DNA of 64,000 nt from Eledone cirrhosa (GCA_964016885.1 OZ024748.1:19654001-19718000); one strand, 5' to 3'. Positions 30,082 through 48,049 are shown, counted from the stretch's first letter. A program made the numbers and translations. Notes: generated by a model not told the origin, from the letters alone.

Positions 30082-30372
30082 TTATATATGTATATAAATG
30101 TAAGTATGCTAAAACGTGCACACACACACATATATACATATATACTTATGTATGTATGGCTTATATATTATAAATATGTATATATGTGTGCGTATATATA
30201 TATATATGTGTGTGTGTACCTGTGTATACTTGCATTTATGTATCAGCTGTGCTAGGGCGAGAAATAAAATTCTAATTTTATATGTGTATATACATATATA
30301 TATATTATATATATATATTTATACTTAAAAACGGCGTAAACACAACACAATAGGAGGAAACATGATAATAGT

Positions 30373-30423
30373 ACCACTGATGATGTTGCAGATGTGCAAC
30401 GAAAGAACTGTTTAACAGTTGGT
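30373..30423 (+). ncRNA. Hammerhead motif of family E (stem III altered)
   Basis: ACCA-CTGATGA-T-GTTGCA(GATG)TGCAAC-GAAAG-AACTG..., within an element at about 30312-30571. Confidence 0.65.
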
Positions 30424-30568
30424 CAGTCAATGATAAACATTGATTGCAAAATAAATTAACTATGGAGATATAAAAGATACAGAAGCGAAAATCAACCAAA
30501 CAGTGAGTGTGTTCTGTTACTCTTTCTGGCAATATTATCACAACAATATGACCCTCCCCAAGTATAAC

Positions 30569-30609
<41 letters not shown>

Positions 30610-30631
30610 TAAACATACTCACAGACACCCA

Positions 30632-30700
<69 letters not shown>

Positions 30701-31183
30701 ATGACTGTTTATCTTCGAAGTTTAACTGAAACTATGGGTTTTTTTTAAAACAGATGGCCGTTTGATGTTTTATGAAGCTAGGCCCCTCTCTTTCAAATCT
30801 TGTCTATATTAAACAAATCAACTTTGTGTACCAACAGATGAATACATCTAACCTTTCGAAATCTCTGCCGAAGTCACAAGAAATCCCGAACCTTAGAAAG
30901 GTCACAAAGATATAAGTTGTATAACCTGTTAGTAAAATATTTAACTGTCAATATCAGAAATTAATTTCTACAGGTTGACAATGGAAATAATCTTAATGGT
31001 TACATACACACAAACACACACACACATACACACACACGCGCACACACACACACATACGCACATATATATGCGAGTACGCGTGTATAGATAATGTATATAT
31101 ACATTTTAAGGTGTATATATATATATATTTGAATGTATATATATATGAATATGTATATGTATATATACACACACACACAGACA

Positions 31184-31222
<39 letters not shown>

Positions 31223-31228
31223 ACACAT

Positions 31229-31291
<63 letters not shown>

Positions 31292-31981
31292 CATGCAAAA
31301 TTTGAAAAAGATACGGAGATTTTTTTCCTGTTCCAAAATATCTTCTGGTAACCTTTCCCTGACGCGGCTAAATTATATCTACACGGCTAAATTATATCTG
31401 TTCTGGGAATATAACATTTCCTCTCTATCATTAAACATCAAAGAAATGATTTACAGAAATTTATAGAATTATTTTATGTTTTGTTCACTGCGGAACTTCA
31501 TTCGTAAATGGAGAAGTTTTAGTTGGTAGATATCAAATCAACATCTGTTGTCCAGTTGAATTATTCTGACGCTTATTCGGGCTCTCCGATTAATATGTAA
31601 CCAAAGTTTGATTGCAGTCAGAATTATTGGAGAATATCTTCAGACTTTCAACTCCTGATTAAGGATATATGGCATTTCTTCATATTTTATAAGCATATAA
31701 TTGTAGTGTAGATAGACAATTTTCTGATACCCTAGATATGTATCTCCCCTATGTCGTCATATGTACCACAAAATTATGATTTCGTTGTATGTTCTATAAA
31801 TAACCATAGGTTATTAATCTCTTCGTGGACAAACTATGAATACGTTTGCTCTGATGAAGTTTTAATAAGATTAGAAACTAGTCAAAATCATTTGTTTCTA
31901 ATCACAAAAGAGATGGAAATCTGCAACCATTTTTTCATTTATTATTTTCACCGCGAGTTTCAGATCAGAATGTGACTCCAT

Positions 31982-32170
31982 GTAGAGCGGCTTCTTCTTT
32001 GAATTGAGAGATCGCAGCTCCGATACTATGGGCATGTGGTTAGAATATCACAAGAAAGAATCGTTGGACATATTTTACGGGCAAAAACCAACCGGCTACA
32101 GATCCAGATAACATCCATGAGCTTGGCTGGTCACACTTGGGAGACGCAGCCAGATCAGTTGGAGATGGTT
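31982..32170 (+). mobile_element. Degraded RTE-clade LINE ORF2 C-terminal fragment
   Basis: VERLLL*IERSQLRYYGHVVRISQERIV matches the RTE/Rex3-type motif VEPLLL.IERSQLRWFGH..R and has an in-frame stop. Confidence 0.7.
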
Positions 32171-32504
32171 GCATATATATGCATGTAGATATGATACATC
32201 AAATGAAATTGTAATCGACAATATACACAGAAATTGAACGAAGTCTGTGTTACAATGTCTTATGTAATCAGTAAAGTAATCCATGATGCATTAAAAAAAG
32301 ACGATATTATATATAAACTGCATTGGGAAAAAATTAGTGACGGAAATATATGAATGTTTATTAAAGCGATAGCCAACCGGAAGTGTTGACATTTGAACAT
32401 TTTAAAGAAGTGAATCTTTAAATAAGCCATAAAATATATCTAATCAAGTGTTACGAAATTTAGTCCATAAATAATGTAATATTCATTCATTATTTATTCA
32501 AATC

Positions 32505-32696
32505 GGGCGGTGGACTGGCAGTATCGGTAGAGGGTCGGACGCCATGCTTTGACGTATGGAGTTACGGCCCTTGCAATTCTGAGTTCAAATTCCGCCGAGG
32601 TTAACTTTGCCTTTCATCCTTACGGGGTCGATAAAATAAAGTACCAGTAATGCACTGGATCATTGCTGGCCTTGTGCCAAAAGTAGAAGCAATTAT
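32505..32696 (+). mobile_element. Meta-like SINE with target-site duplication
   Basis: Full copy. ATTATTTATTCAAA occurs at 32489-32502 and 32692-32705. Confidence 0.88.
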
Positions 32697-33494
32697 TTAT
32701 TCAAAGTAAACCAACTTATTTTACAAACGGGATAAAAAAAATATATATTCTGGGCGCAGTCCCGCAATCCTCCCTCTATTATAGTTAAGGTATGTAGTCC
32801 ATTGGTTGTGCTGATTATATATAGAGTTCATCACGGTTAATATTTTCATGATTTCAGATATTATTGACTTCATTTTCATCGATTTATTTATTATTTCATT
32901 ATTGTTCTTTTCCACGAGGGTCTTCTTTGTGTGTGTGTGTGCAAGCGTGGGTGTGTGTGCATATGTGTGTGTGTATTTACGTTTATATGTGTAAGTGTGT
33001 GCATGTATATATGTGTATGCATGTATGTGTGGGTGTTTGTGAATGTATGTATGTATTTATGAATGTATGTATGTCTGTGTGTGTGTGCATCTTGATATGC
33101 GTGTGTGTATGTATGTGTGTGTGTGTATGTATGCCTGTGTGTGTATGTATGTCTGTATGTGTGCATATTAATATGCGTGTGTGTATGTATGTGTGTGGAT
33201 GTGTAAGCCTGTGTGTGTGTATGTATGTCTGTATGTGTGTATAAACCATTATAGTTTTATAGCCCCTCCGCTCAGAGGAGGTTTACGAAAATTTTAAGTG
33301 TTTTTTAAAATGTGATAATCTATTTTTTGTTGAGTTGATATTTAACATTTAACAATGGAGATATTTGGCAATGTTATGAGCATCGTTTCACAAACCATAA
33401 ACTGAAATATCTCACAAGTTTATTCCATATTGTGGCTATGACAACAATATAGCGCTTGCGATGCTGGTGGGCAGTAGTGATGTTGCCATATATA

Positions 33495-33550
<56 letters not shown>

Positions 33551-33558
33551 TATATATA

Positions 33559-33775
33559 GGAAAAAGTATGACCCCGACGGCAGAGCTCAAGCCGTTTCGA
33601 CGGCTATTTCTGGACTAAATTAGAATGTTTAGCCAGGTCAAGAAATAATAATTTAGTCCAGAAATAGCCGTCGAAATGGCTTGAGCTCTGCCGTCGGGGT
33701 CATACTTTTTCATATTTCCCACTCTACTACCCTAAGTATTGAGTAGATCTGGTTCCTTATCACAATTCCTTTGTT
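33559..33775. mobile_element. Family A palindromic element
   Basis: Arms of about 60 bp: GAAAAAGTATGACCCCGACGG...GACTAAATTA and its reverse complement. Confidence 0.8.
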
Positions 33776-33937
33776 ATATATATATATATATAGATATATA
33801 TATATGTATATATATGAAAACATGGCGTGCTGCGTGGTTGCATATGGGTTACATATGAATAAAATCCTTCATCAGTGATCTTCCAACCTTCATTGGTATT
33901 TCAGCGCTTTAAAGACCATATACCTCTGGTATGTATG

Positions 33938-33997
<60 letters not shown>

Positions 33998-34003
33998 CAT
34001 ATG

Positions 34004-34066
<63 letters not shown>

Positions 34067-34177
34067 ATGTATGTATATATGTATGTATGTATTTATATGT
34101 TTATATGTATGTATGTATTTATATGTTTATACATACTTACATATATACAAACACACTCACAGACAGGCACACATATA

Positions 34178-34311
<134 letters not shown>

Positions 34312-34370
34312 CGTGTCGAGTTCAACCGGGAGTAACCACAGCAAGTAAGGTACTCAATCCATAGTAGAGT

Positions 34371-34470
34371 ATAAATATTTAATATAGAAATGGCTTCTAC
34401 AGCACTAGAACTGTTTAATTCGAATGGAACAGTTGTAGTCCTGTAGAACCCATTTCTATATTAAATATAT
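34371..34470. repeat. ~45-bp-arm hairpin element between microsatellites
   Basis: ATATAGAAATGGCTTCTACAG..AACTGTT / AACAGTT..CTGTAGAACCCATTTCTATAT. Related to 24011-24075, which has a degenerate HHR on the minus strand. Confidence 0.7.
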
Positions 34471-34503
34471 ATATATACATATACATATATATATGTATGT
34501 ATA

Positions 34504-35505
<1,002 letters not shown>

Positions 35506-36020
35506 CATATACATATATATATATGTATATATATTATATATATATATGTGTGTTTGTACATATATGTACATATATATATATAACATGACGAAGAAAGCCA
35601 ATGGTTGTGTGGTATATTCACGGTTATCAGAAGTCAGTGCAGTAATTTATAGAGCAGGACAACAGCTGTATGTCGAAGACACTAGCATTGTTTCGGTCTC
35701 ATTTGATTGGTTGTTTAGTTGATAATATTTATTAGTTTTTATGTGGATCTTATTTCTTTTCCTTCGTCTTAGATTCTCGTAATGTTTTAGTCTACACCCG
35801 ACATTGTAATGAAAGCAATAAAGCAGCTGAGCAATGATATAAAATCTTTACATATCTCTATGACTATTATGTCCATGTGTGTACTTACTAACGATTCCAT
35901 ACAAACAAGCACGCTATTATATTATGCTGAAAATACAGCTTCTCACTCTCTCTCTTCACACACACACACACGTACATGCACACACACACATACATACACA
36001 CACATATACATACATATATA

Positions 36021-36262
36021 TAAGAGATGAAATCGAAAATGCAACAGATGTGAGAAAAACCACAGACCCTCCATCTCAGCTCTACTTTTGAAAAGCAGAA
36101 GAACTGCGAAACCGGTAAAGGAACCAAATAAATATATATATTTAAAAAAAAAATAAGACTCCAGTTGCATTTTCGATTTCATCTCTTTTTCTTTATACTT
36201 TCACTCGTGTAGGACACCTCGGTTTTTTTTCAATTTGTAAAAAAAAAACCTCACTTTCTAAT
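36021..36262 (+). mobile_element. Family B element with U3-A8 hammerhead (36085-36120)
   Basis: CTT-TTGAAAA-GCAG(AAGAA)CTGC-GAAAC-CG-GTA-AAG. The 5' end carries an inverted copy of an internal 3' segment. Confidence 0.8.
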
Positions 36263-36263
36263 A

Positions 36264-36300
<37 letters not shown>

Positions 36301-36302
<2 letters not shown>

Positions 36303-36757
36303 GAATGTATGTATAGTATATTTAGCAATGTACCGTATGTTTAATTAAAAACATTTAGAAGGCCATTTGCTATCAGTTTTAAAGTAGGGACTATGTCACT
36401 TACTTCTTTTCGGCGAAAGAAAGGAGAGAAGCTAACAGTCTGTTTCACGCTGGTGATCATCAGAGCCATGCACTCCCTGCTTCTGCCGAAAATTATAGAA
36501 GCTGGATTCTTATAGAATTCCAGTAATAATCAGGAGCTGATTATACATAGCGATTGCCGGTCCAGCAAAAATTAAGTATTAATATTGGTGCTCTGAAATA
36601 GTTATGTATACATGAATGCATGTATAGTATATTTGGCAATATGCCGTATCTTTAATTCAAAACGTTTAGAAGACCATACGCTATCGGTTTTAAAGTAGTG
36701 ACTAAAGTAGAGAACCTAGCAGTTTGTTTCACGCTGGTTGGCCATCATCAGAGCCAC
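36301..36757 (-). mobile_element. Tandem diverged dimer (~290-310-bp period), each unit with an HHR motif (retrozyme-like)
   Basis: 36431-36466 (-) reads GCT-CTGATGA-TCAC(CAGC)GT-GAAAC-AGACT-GTT-AGC. A second, degenerate motif lies at 36715-36754. The flanks are homologous. Confidence 0.7.
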
Positions 36758-36860
36758 ATTTATACATATATCCCGAAGAGGAAAAACATACTCTGCGCAA
36801 AATGCATTGGTCATTTAATTTATATATAGATTGGTCATTCAATCAATCAATCAATATATA

Positions 36861-36968
<108 letters not shown>

Positions 36969-37265
36969 TGTGTGTAACGTTTTTCGAAATATTTACTTCT
37001 GCGTTCACAGATTGATTTTTCTAGTTTCAGAAGATCCCGTTAAACTTTAATCTGTTATTTTAATATATATATACATATAATTTTATATTCGTGTACAGAT
37101 ATTTGTGCATACACAATAACAAAATATAAACAAAAGTATTTATTTCGCGATAAAGTATTTTCTTCGCACGGAAAAAAGCCTTAATAATCTACGACGAATT
37201 ATTTTCATAAACACAAAATGTAGACTCCATCCCGAGGCCGAGATATTTCGTACTTCTCTGTACTG

Positions 37266-37318
<53 letters not shown>

Positions 37319-37451
37319 TATATTCGTGTACAGATACTTTTGCATACACAATAAAAAAATATAAACAAACGTATTTATTTCACGAGGCTCGATAAGGATA
37401 AATATATATCAAATATATAAGAAACCTAGAACATTTCCCGAGCAACGCTAG

Positions 37452-37505
<54 letters not shown>

Positions 37506-37521
37506 CATATATATATATATA

Positions 37522-37570
<49 letters not shown>

Positions 37571-37590
37571 CATACATATATATATATATA

Positions 37591-37631
<41 letters not shown>

Positions 37632-37671
37632 CATATATATATATATACAGTATATATATATATATATATAT

Positions 37672-37746
<75 letters not shown>

Positions 37747-39520
37747 CATACATATATATATATATAGGAACGAGTAGGACCCCGACGGCTGAGCTCAAGT
37801 CGTTTCGACGGCTAATTCGACGGCTAATATATATATATACGCTATATATACATTCTATATCCTGTTGTCCAAAAGAAGGGTAATGTAGTACTTCTATGGC
37901 CAGCACCATCTGCTGCATCAGCCATTCCACCTTATAGGACTCCTTCCTCAGGCAAGATGCACTCCTAATTTTGTGGTTTAAAGCAGCCACCCACAGACCA
38001 TGGATTTCAGAAATGTCAGAAAGAAAGCTATTGGTCAAAGCTCAGTATTTGGTTATCCTCATGTTGAAATATATATATCGAGGCCAATATAGTGTAGAAC
38101 AATTGATAGTGCAACTTATATATGCACTACATATATACACTATATATATATATACACTATATATATATATACACACTATATACTCTATATATCACGTTGT
38201 CCATGGGAACGACGGAAACCGATACATCTTAGCAAAGAGAGACTTTGCAGCTAATTTCTTTTTCCCCAGTATAGTGGAGTAGAACAACATAATATGCTGT
38301 TTTATTGAAAACCTCAACGCGCTGCCTGGTCCGCGTATGAAACTCACCACCTCACAATTCTGAGCCCAACACCCAAACCACTAAGCCATTCACCTGTTCT
38401 AATGGCCTTAATAAATATCAAAATATCGCAGCATAAATCTGGTATCCTGCTCTGTGTTTCATATTCCATATGATGAATGATGACATCTGGAATCTTATTA
38501 ATTCACTTCTATCTGGCCTGCAACCAAGTTAACAAACTCATTCATTTTGGAGTATTCAATTTGAATAATCAGAGCAATTGTTCCTTATTTCTATAGCTGC
38601 AATTGTATTTCTTCTCTTTTCTTTTTTTCATTTCTTGTACTACTTTTCTATATGTGAATATAACGAGCCAATCGTGTTCCTGTATTGCTATAACTTAACT
38701 GTTGTTAAGGAAAACGGTGAAGTGATGTAATCAGTTAACTAAAGACACTATGTCTGCCACAATTTTATAAGTTCCAGTTAGATTTTCTGTTCGAATTTCA
38801 CTCAGTTAATAGAAATGAGTTATACCTGTAATTTAATGGGGCCAGATTTGTGACAAATTGTGACACGCTGAAATCGGAAAGGATTGAGATCCTACAACAA
38901 GGATATCACTTGTATTCAATATATATATATATGAAAGTCTTTCTTTGAAAATATCTTTAATAAACATTCAATAGTGTTTAGGGTTTAGTAAATATGTAAT
39001 CATGTCATACAATAGTATACCCCCTCAGAATATAAAGGAAGCCATATAGAACTGTTCCATAGAAATAACGAAATTCTGGAATACTTTGCTGGAAATTTAT
39101 CTTTCAAATAATATTAAAAACTTCCAAAGTTATATATTTATAGCTCACTTGAACAACATTTTCTGACGCAATGTAATATTGAATTGGTGTTATACGGTAA
39201 TTTGAGAACATCTGGGAATTTCAAGGCCTTAATTTCCCAAATCTTATCTTATTAAATAGGGAAAGAACTTGAAGAGTTTCTTTTTTACATATTTTATTAT
39301 ATAATCACTCTTTCATTCCTCATATGTTTATATTTACTCAATATCTTTTCATTTACTCAATATCACAATTTTATTAGAGGAATATATGCCTCCATATACA
39401 ATATGTTTATGCATAATAAATATAGTCATACGTTCCGAGATGCGGGTTTCAATTCCTTGTTTGGGTCTCGGCTCCCGTTTTCCCGTCTCTGACATAATTT
39501 ATCCGATTATTATTTATAAT

Positions 39521-39702
39521 TCTTTCTACTTTAGGGACAAGGCCAGCAATTGCCCAGTGCATTACTGGTACTTTATTTTATCGACCCCGTAAGGATGAAA
39601 GGCAAAGTCAACCTCGGCTGGATTTGAACTCAGATCGTAAAGGGACGTAACTATGCTGGAAAGCATGGCGTCCGACTCTCTACCAATACTGCCAATCCAC
39701 CG
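39521..39702 (-). mobile_element. Meta-like SINE
   Basis: Reverse complement of the 49403 copy with few differences. Confidence 0.88.
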
Positions 39703-39832
39703 TATTATTTATAATGATTGACTAATGTTATCATGTTATCATATAAGTTGGGAGACAAGCATGACATTTCAAGTTTTCCCAAAGCTTCTTACGCTAACCG
39801 CTTAATGTAAGTATAAATGTATATGTGTGTGT

Positions 39833-40466
<634 letters not shown>

Positions 40467-40627
40467 GTATTAAGGGTACTATTTATGGTTATGTATGCAA
40501 TAAAACCTTTAATGGTAATATATTATATATACAAACCCTAAATAGTGAAAGATAGTCATTAATTACTATCCTATTACCAGTAAGATAAATAGCTCAATGT
40601 AATAACATCCGTTGTTTTACAGAGCAG

Positions 40628-41393
<766 letters not shown>

Positions 41394-41394
41394 C

Positions 41395-41433
<39 letters not shown>

Positions 41434-41849
41434 TGTATACTATGTATGTATATTATATTATATTCCTTGCTGAGATCCACCAACTGGTTCTTGCTTGGGA
41501 ACAGGCTTTGCTTTATCTCCTGTTCAACCCCAGTCTCTGGTTTGCTGTTTTCCTTGTCAAAATCGGAAGAAGTGCATCTCGCTTGAGAACCACCCTAAGG
41601 AGAAATGGCTGATGCAGCGGGTTTCGCCCGCTGTTCTCTGTAGGTGTGATATATTACCCAACAAAAAGCTTATCACTTCTTTATTGTCCCTTCATTCACC
41701 ATTATATTTCTTTTACTCTTTTTCTTTCTTCCTTTATATTATTTAAAATTTTTAAGAATATAATCTCGAAATGTTTCACAAATATTTGAGTTCTGAGTTC
41801 AAATACAATCGACATCAACTTTGCCTTTTAACGTACCGGGGTCGATAAA

Positions 41850-42051
41850 TATGAGGGTCGGTTGAACGGTTCATAGGCTAAGCAAGATACTATCGTGGAA
41901 ATACAAAATGAGGTTAATGTTTCAACATAAGCCTGGGGAGGAAACTATGCAATTATAAATAAGAAGAGTTGAAATAGATGCATGTAATATTTCACAGCTT
42001 TAGCAGCACTCCTTCATAGTCAGCCTATGGACTTTTCAGTCGACCCTCGTA
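41850..42051. mobile_element. Mariner-type MITE nested in a Meta-like SINE
   Basis: TIRs TA-TGAGGGTCGGTTGAACGGTTCATAGGCT and AGCCTATGGACTTTTCAGTCGACCCTCG-TA. It splits the SINE motif GGGGTCGATAAA|..TACCAGT. Confidence 0.75.
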
Positions 42052-42968
42052 TAATACCAGTGAGGTAATTGGGACCGACTTTTCCTGTATCTCACGCACG
42101 GCTGTGTTCAGACCCGAACAAGAATGGGCTCTGCCAGGTTTAAACACCCGACGGGATTTTAATGCCCATGGATGCATAATTCTACATATAGCTATTAATT
42201 GATTCATGTTCATTGAAGTATGATGCCAACCATGAATAACACATCAAATTAAGATGTAATTATCAAGGAGGGTAGGATTTAATGCACGAAATCCCACGAA
42301 ATCTTACTATATCTCAAAAAAATCCCAAGAAAATTTAATGTTCGTTTACGATATTTTAGAAAACGGAAATTACAGAAATTAAATGAGAATAAATACCAGA
42401 TGACAAACTTAAACTTGTACTTCACCTTAGGATCAATAAACATATTTTATTACACATGAAATACACACACACATCATATACCTCAACACATATACACGCA
42501 CGTGCAATATACGCATAAATATATACATACATCACATACATACACAACATACAAATACACAATTATACATTTACAGAAACGTAAAACACACACATACACA
42601 ACATACATATACACAACATAGGTATACACACACGTAAACCACACACACACATACACATTACACACAACATTCATATACACAAACATACTAGATATACATA
42701 TCCATACAGTGAATCGCCTGTTACAAGGAGCGAACCAACGGTTTTGTGAACGGGAGAGGAAATGCATAACAAACAGTTAAAAGATTCAAGAATTGTATTT
42801 ATACTAAAAACACTAAGTATGAACTTTCAAGGAAGATATGGTACTACAAAATACAGAAAGGTTATACAAATTGCTTGGCATTACTTGTACAGATGTAAAC
42901 ACACACACTGATACACAAGTTCACTAACGCATATATATACTATGTATGTATATATAAATCTAATAAGG

Positions 42969-43010
<42 letters not shown>

Positions 43011-43013
43011 GTA

Positions 43014-43053
<40 letters not shown>

Positions 43054-43091
43054 CATATATAGGTATATATATGTATATATATATATATATA

Positions 43092-43144
<53 letters not shown>

Positions 43145-43203
43145 GCATATATATATATTATGCATATATATATGCATAATATATATATATACATATATAT
43201 ACA

Positions 43204-43243
<40 letters not shown>

Positions 43244-43438
43244 CATATATATACATATATATATATATATATTATGCATATATATATTATTCAAATATAT
43301 ATATATGCATTTATGAATACATACATACATACACATACACGGACACATACATATATATACTATACATATATATATATGCATTTGGTAAATACACACACAC
43401 ACACACATACACACACAAGCACATACAAGCACACACAA

Positions 43439-43494
<56 letters not shown>

Positions 43495-43790
43495 ATGCAC
43501 AGTAACATATAAATATATATATCTACATATTCATATACACAGACACATATATACACAGACAGATATCCATAGATACATATCGATCTATTTCTATATCTAT
43601 ATCTATCTAGGTATTTATGCCTATGGATAAAGAAGCAAGTACAATATCACCTCCCACTCCTTCCATCTTTTATCACCAAAATATATTTTTATATACTCAC
43701 CCTCCTCCTTCGTAGTTAACTGTTTACCAAGATAATCAACATTAATACAAGGCAACATCCTATTTTTACTCACTAATCAATATTAAAATA

Positions 43791-43832
<42 letters not shown>

Positions 43833-43941
43833 TATATATATACACACACATACACACACACACACATATATATATAGATATATATAGATATATACACACA
43901 CTCACATACGCACACACATATATATATATATATACACACAT

Positions 43942-43976
<35 letters not shown>

Positions 43977-44019
43977 GATAGATAGATAGATAGATATGTA
44001 TATATATATATATCTATCT

Positions 44020-44060
<41 letters not shown>

Positions 44061-44210
44061 TCTGAATATACATATAGGTGGAAGTACAAAGGCAATCAAT
44101 ATATAATGAAGAGGAGGAGAATGTTTTGACCTTCGCAAAGGCCTCTAAAACGCATCTTAATATATATATATACATTCATAAATATGTATATATATATATG
44201 TGTATATATA

Positions 44211-44243
<33 letters not shown>

Positions 44244-44254
44244 TTATGTATATA

Positions 44255-44337
<83 letters not shown>

Positions 44338-44381
44338 AAATATATATATAGAAAGGATGAATATAAAATGAAAGTGCTTAA

Positions 44382-44416
<35 letters not shown>

Positions 44417-44419
44417 TAA

Positions 44420-44634
44420 ATATTGGAAAGTGAGGTTTTTTTACAAAATGAAAAATAACCGAGGTGTCCTACATGAGTGAAACTTTTTCTCACAGATGTG
44501 AGAAAAACCAAAGACCCTCCATCTCTACTCTACTTTTGAAAAACAGAACTGCGAAACTGGTTAAGGAACCAAATAAATATATATATTTTTTTTAAAATAA
44601 GACTCCAGTTGCATTTTCGATTTCATCTTTTTTT

Positions 44635-44640
<6 letters not shown>
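44420..44640. mobile_element. Family B element with divergent arms and degenerate U3-A8 HHR
   Basis: An inverted 3' end at 44420-44482 is joined to a forward part containing TTGAAAA-ACAGAACTGC-GAAACTGGTT-AAG. Confidence 0.75.
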
Positions 44641-44695
<55 letters not shown>

Positions 44696-45172
44696 GAAGT
44701 TCTATTTAAATTGTTGGGATACAACAAGCAAATATTTTTATAACTGATATAAAGCACTCAACAAATTATTGGAGTAAAAATACGATATATTAACAAATGG
44801 AAACTAGATTTATAAAACCATATTTATTTCATTATATATATTTCAAGGACACCAAGTCAAATTATGGTGCGCTTTCATCAGATAAAATATAATATAGATC
44901 AGTTTTATAAATAAATATTGACATACCCTTAAAGAATGCGACCATTTCTGTTGGAAGCTCCCGGATAGTGGGGTTATTAAATTTATTAAATTTATTTAGT
45001 CTATTATGCAAATTAGTGTCGGATATGTTTAAATCACAGTAGATTTAAAATAATCCGTTGGAGTATGGAAAAAGGGAAAGAAAAGAAAAACAGAAAAAAG
45101 AGAAAAAAGAGCAAACTCTAAGTGGAAAATAAGAAAACAAGAGAAAGGGAAAGATATATATATATATATGAA

Positions 45173-45262
<90 letters not shown>

Positions 45263-45263
<1 letters not shown>

Positions 45264-45588
45264 TGTTATACTTTGGGAGGGTCATGTTGCCAATAAGAAA
45301 CACACGCACCAGTTGCTTTCACTTCAATTTATCATAAATTAAATTCATAAATTTAGGAATTTATAAATTTCCGGTTGGTTGGTTGGTTCCACAACCAGAC
45401 GATTGTTCATATATTGTCAAAGTTCTTTCGTCACACATTCTGTGACCTCTTCAGTGACTGGGGATTCTTTTCTTTGTTTTTGTGCCTCTCCTCTGTTCTG
45501 TCCTACGCCATCCCAAAGCATAACAATATCGGTTTCAACACACGTTTTCAGATAAAGAATCTTGCTAAACAAATTCAGAAACGAAATA
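45263..45588. mobile_element. Family E element with HHR at 45416-45458 (-)
   Basis: GTCA-CTGAAGA-G-GTCACA(GAATG)TGTGAC-GAAAG-AA-CTT-TGAC. Confidence 0.85.
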
Positions 45589-45597
45589 TATATATAT

Positions 45598-45794
45598 AAC
45601 GAAGGAAATGTGGTAAGGAACCAGGTGGACCATAACGCACCAAAGTACTCAATACTTAAGGTAGTAGAGTGGGTAATAGGAACAAGTAAGACCCCGACGA
45701 CTGAGCTCAAGCCGTTTCGACGGCTAATTCTGGACCCCAGTCCAGAATTAGCCGCCGAAACGGCTTGAGCTCAGCCGTCGGGGTCTTACTTGTT

Positions 45795-45798
<4 letters not shown>
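45598..45798. mobile_element. Family A palindromic element
   Basis: Arms of about 60 bp are centred on TTCTGGAC-CCCA-GTCCAGAA. Confidence 0.85.
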
Positions 45799-45863
<65 letters not shown>

Positions 45864-45869
45864 TTATAT

Positions 45870-45917
<48 letters not shown>

Positions 45918-45953
45918 GCAAGTAACTATATATGTTTTATGGTTGTGTGTGTC

Positions 45954-46185
<232 letters not shown>

Positions 46186-46202
46186 GACACACACAACCAT
46201 AA

Positions 46203-46244
<42 letters not shown>

Positions 46245-46795
46245 TATACATATATATATACATACATATACAGACAAAGGCAGCCGAATTGGCAGAGTTG
46301 GTAGAACGTCTGACAAAGGGGTTTGTTATGTTCGCTCCAAATCTCTGCTCTGTGAGATCGAATCCCACCGAAGTCAACTTTGTCTTTATTCCATCGATTT
46401 TTCCTCTCGATTTCTATACTTCTCTGAGAGAAATCTGCTGGAGAGGAAATGGGCTCCACAGGTTTAAAAGATAAGCCCTAGAAATGCCGTTTCAATCAGG
46501 AATTACGCGCCCATATATGTATATATACATACATTACATACATATATATATATATATATATGTGTATGTGTATAGTAAAGAGGTTTTATGCTACATCCTT
46601 GTTTGATTAGAGGTTGAATATGCGTACCCTCACAGCATGGTTTTGAGACATTTCTTCACGGCCTAATGCCCTTCCTGGCGCCAAATATTTTGGTCGCATC
46701 TTACCAATTCCAGGGGTACAGTGTATCTATACTAATGTCTATATATATATATATATATACAAACACACAGACACACACACACACATATGTATATG

Positions 46796-46835
<40 letters not shown>

Positions 46836-46836
<1 letters not shown>

Positions 46837-46971
46837 GAACCAGTAAGAGCTCGAAACGGCTTGAGCTCAGCCGTCGGGGTCTTACTGGTTCCTATTACCC
46901 ACTCTACTACCCCAAGTATTGAGTACTTTGGTGCGTTATGGTCCACCTGGTTCCTTACCACTTTTCCTTCG

Positions 46972-46972
<1 letters not shown>
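46836..46972 (+). mobile_element. Family A 3' end
   Basis: Reverse complement of 45598-45720, flanked by (TA)n. Confidence 0.8.
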
Positions 46973-47010
<38 letters not shown>

Positions 47011-47288
47011 TGTGTGTGTATCTATCTATATACATATATATATACATACATATATATATGTATATATGTATATATATATGTATATATGTATGTAAATATA
47101 TGTATGTGTATATATATGTGTATATGTATATATGTATGTATGTATATATGTATGTATGTATGTATGTAGATGGTAATTTCCCGAAATCTCGGCGCCTTCC
47201 CTTCCAGTTCTGAGACCGTAACGAATGAAAATGTTCGGTTAATAATTATGCCAATGAAACATTACACCGGTTCTATGGCTTGTAACAA

Positions 47289-47360
<72 letters not shown>

Positions 47361-47565
47361 GCGCACACATGCACACACACACACATATATATATATATAC
47401 ACACACAGACACACAGACACAGATACGCACTCACGCGCTCACACACACACTCACACACACACACATATTCACACACACGCATGCACACACACACACGCAC
47501 ACATATATATATATATACACACATACATACAGACACAGACACGCACTCACGCGCTCACACACGCA

Positions 47566-47600
<35 letters not shown>

Positions 47601-47846
47601 GCATATATATGTCATAAACTTATACATCTTCCTCGTTTACAGTTCATATAAAAGATACAGGAATATATACACTACACATTTAATTAACTCCAGCCTTTAT
47701 ATATAATTAATCAATAAGTAGGTCCCTTAGTAATGTGTGTATATACATATACATCTGCACTATATATATGTATATATGTGCATACACACACACATATATA
47801 TATGTACATATATATATATATATATATATGTATATAGATATAAATG

Positions 47847-47992
<146 letters not shown>

Positions 47993-48009
47993 TATACACA
48001 CATATATAT

Positions 48010-48048
<39 letters not shown>

Positions 48049-48049
48049 C

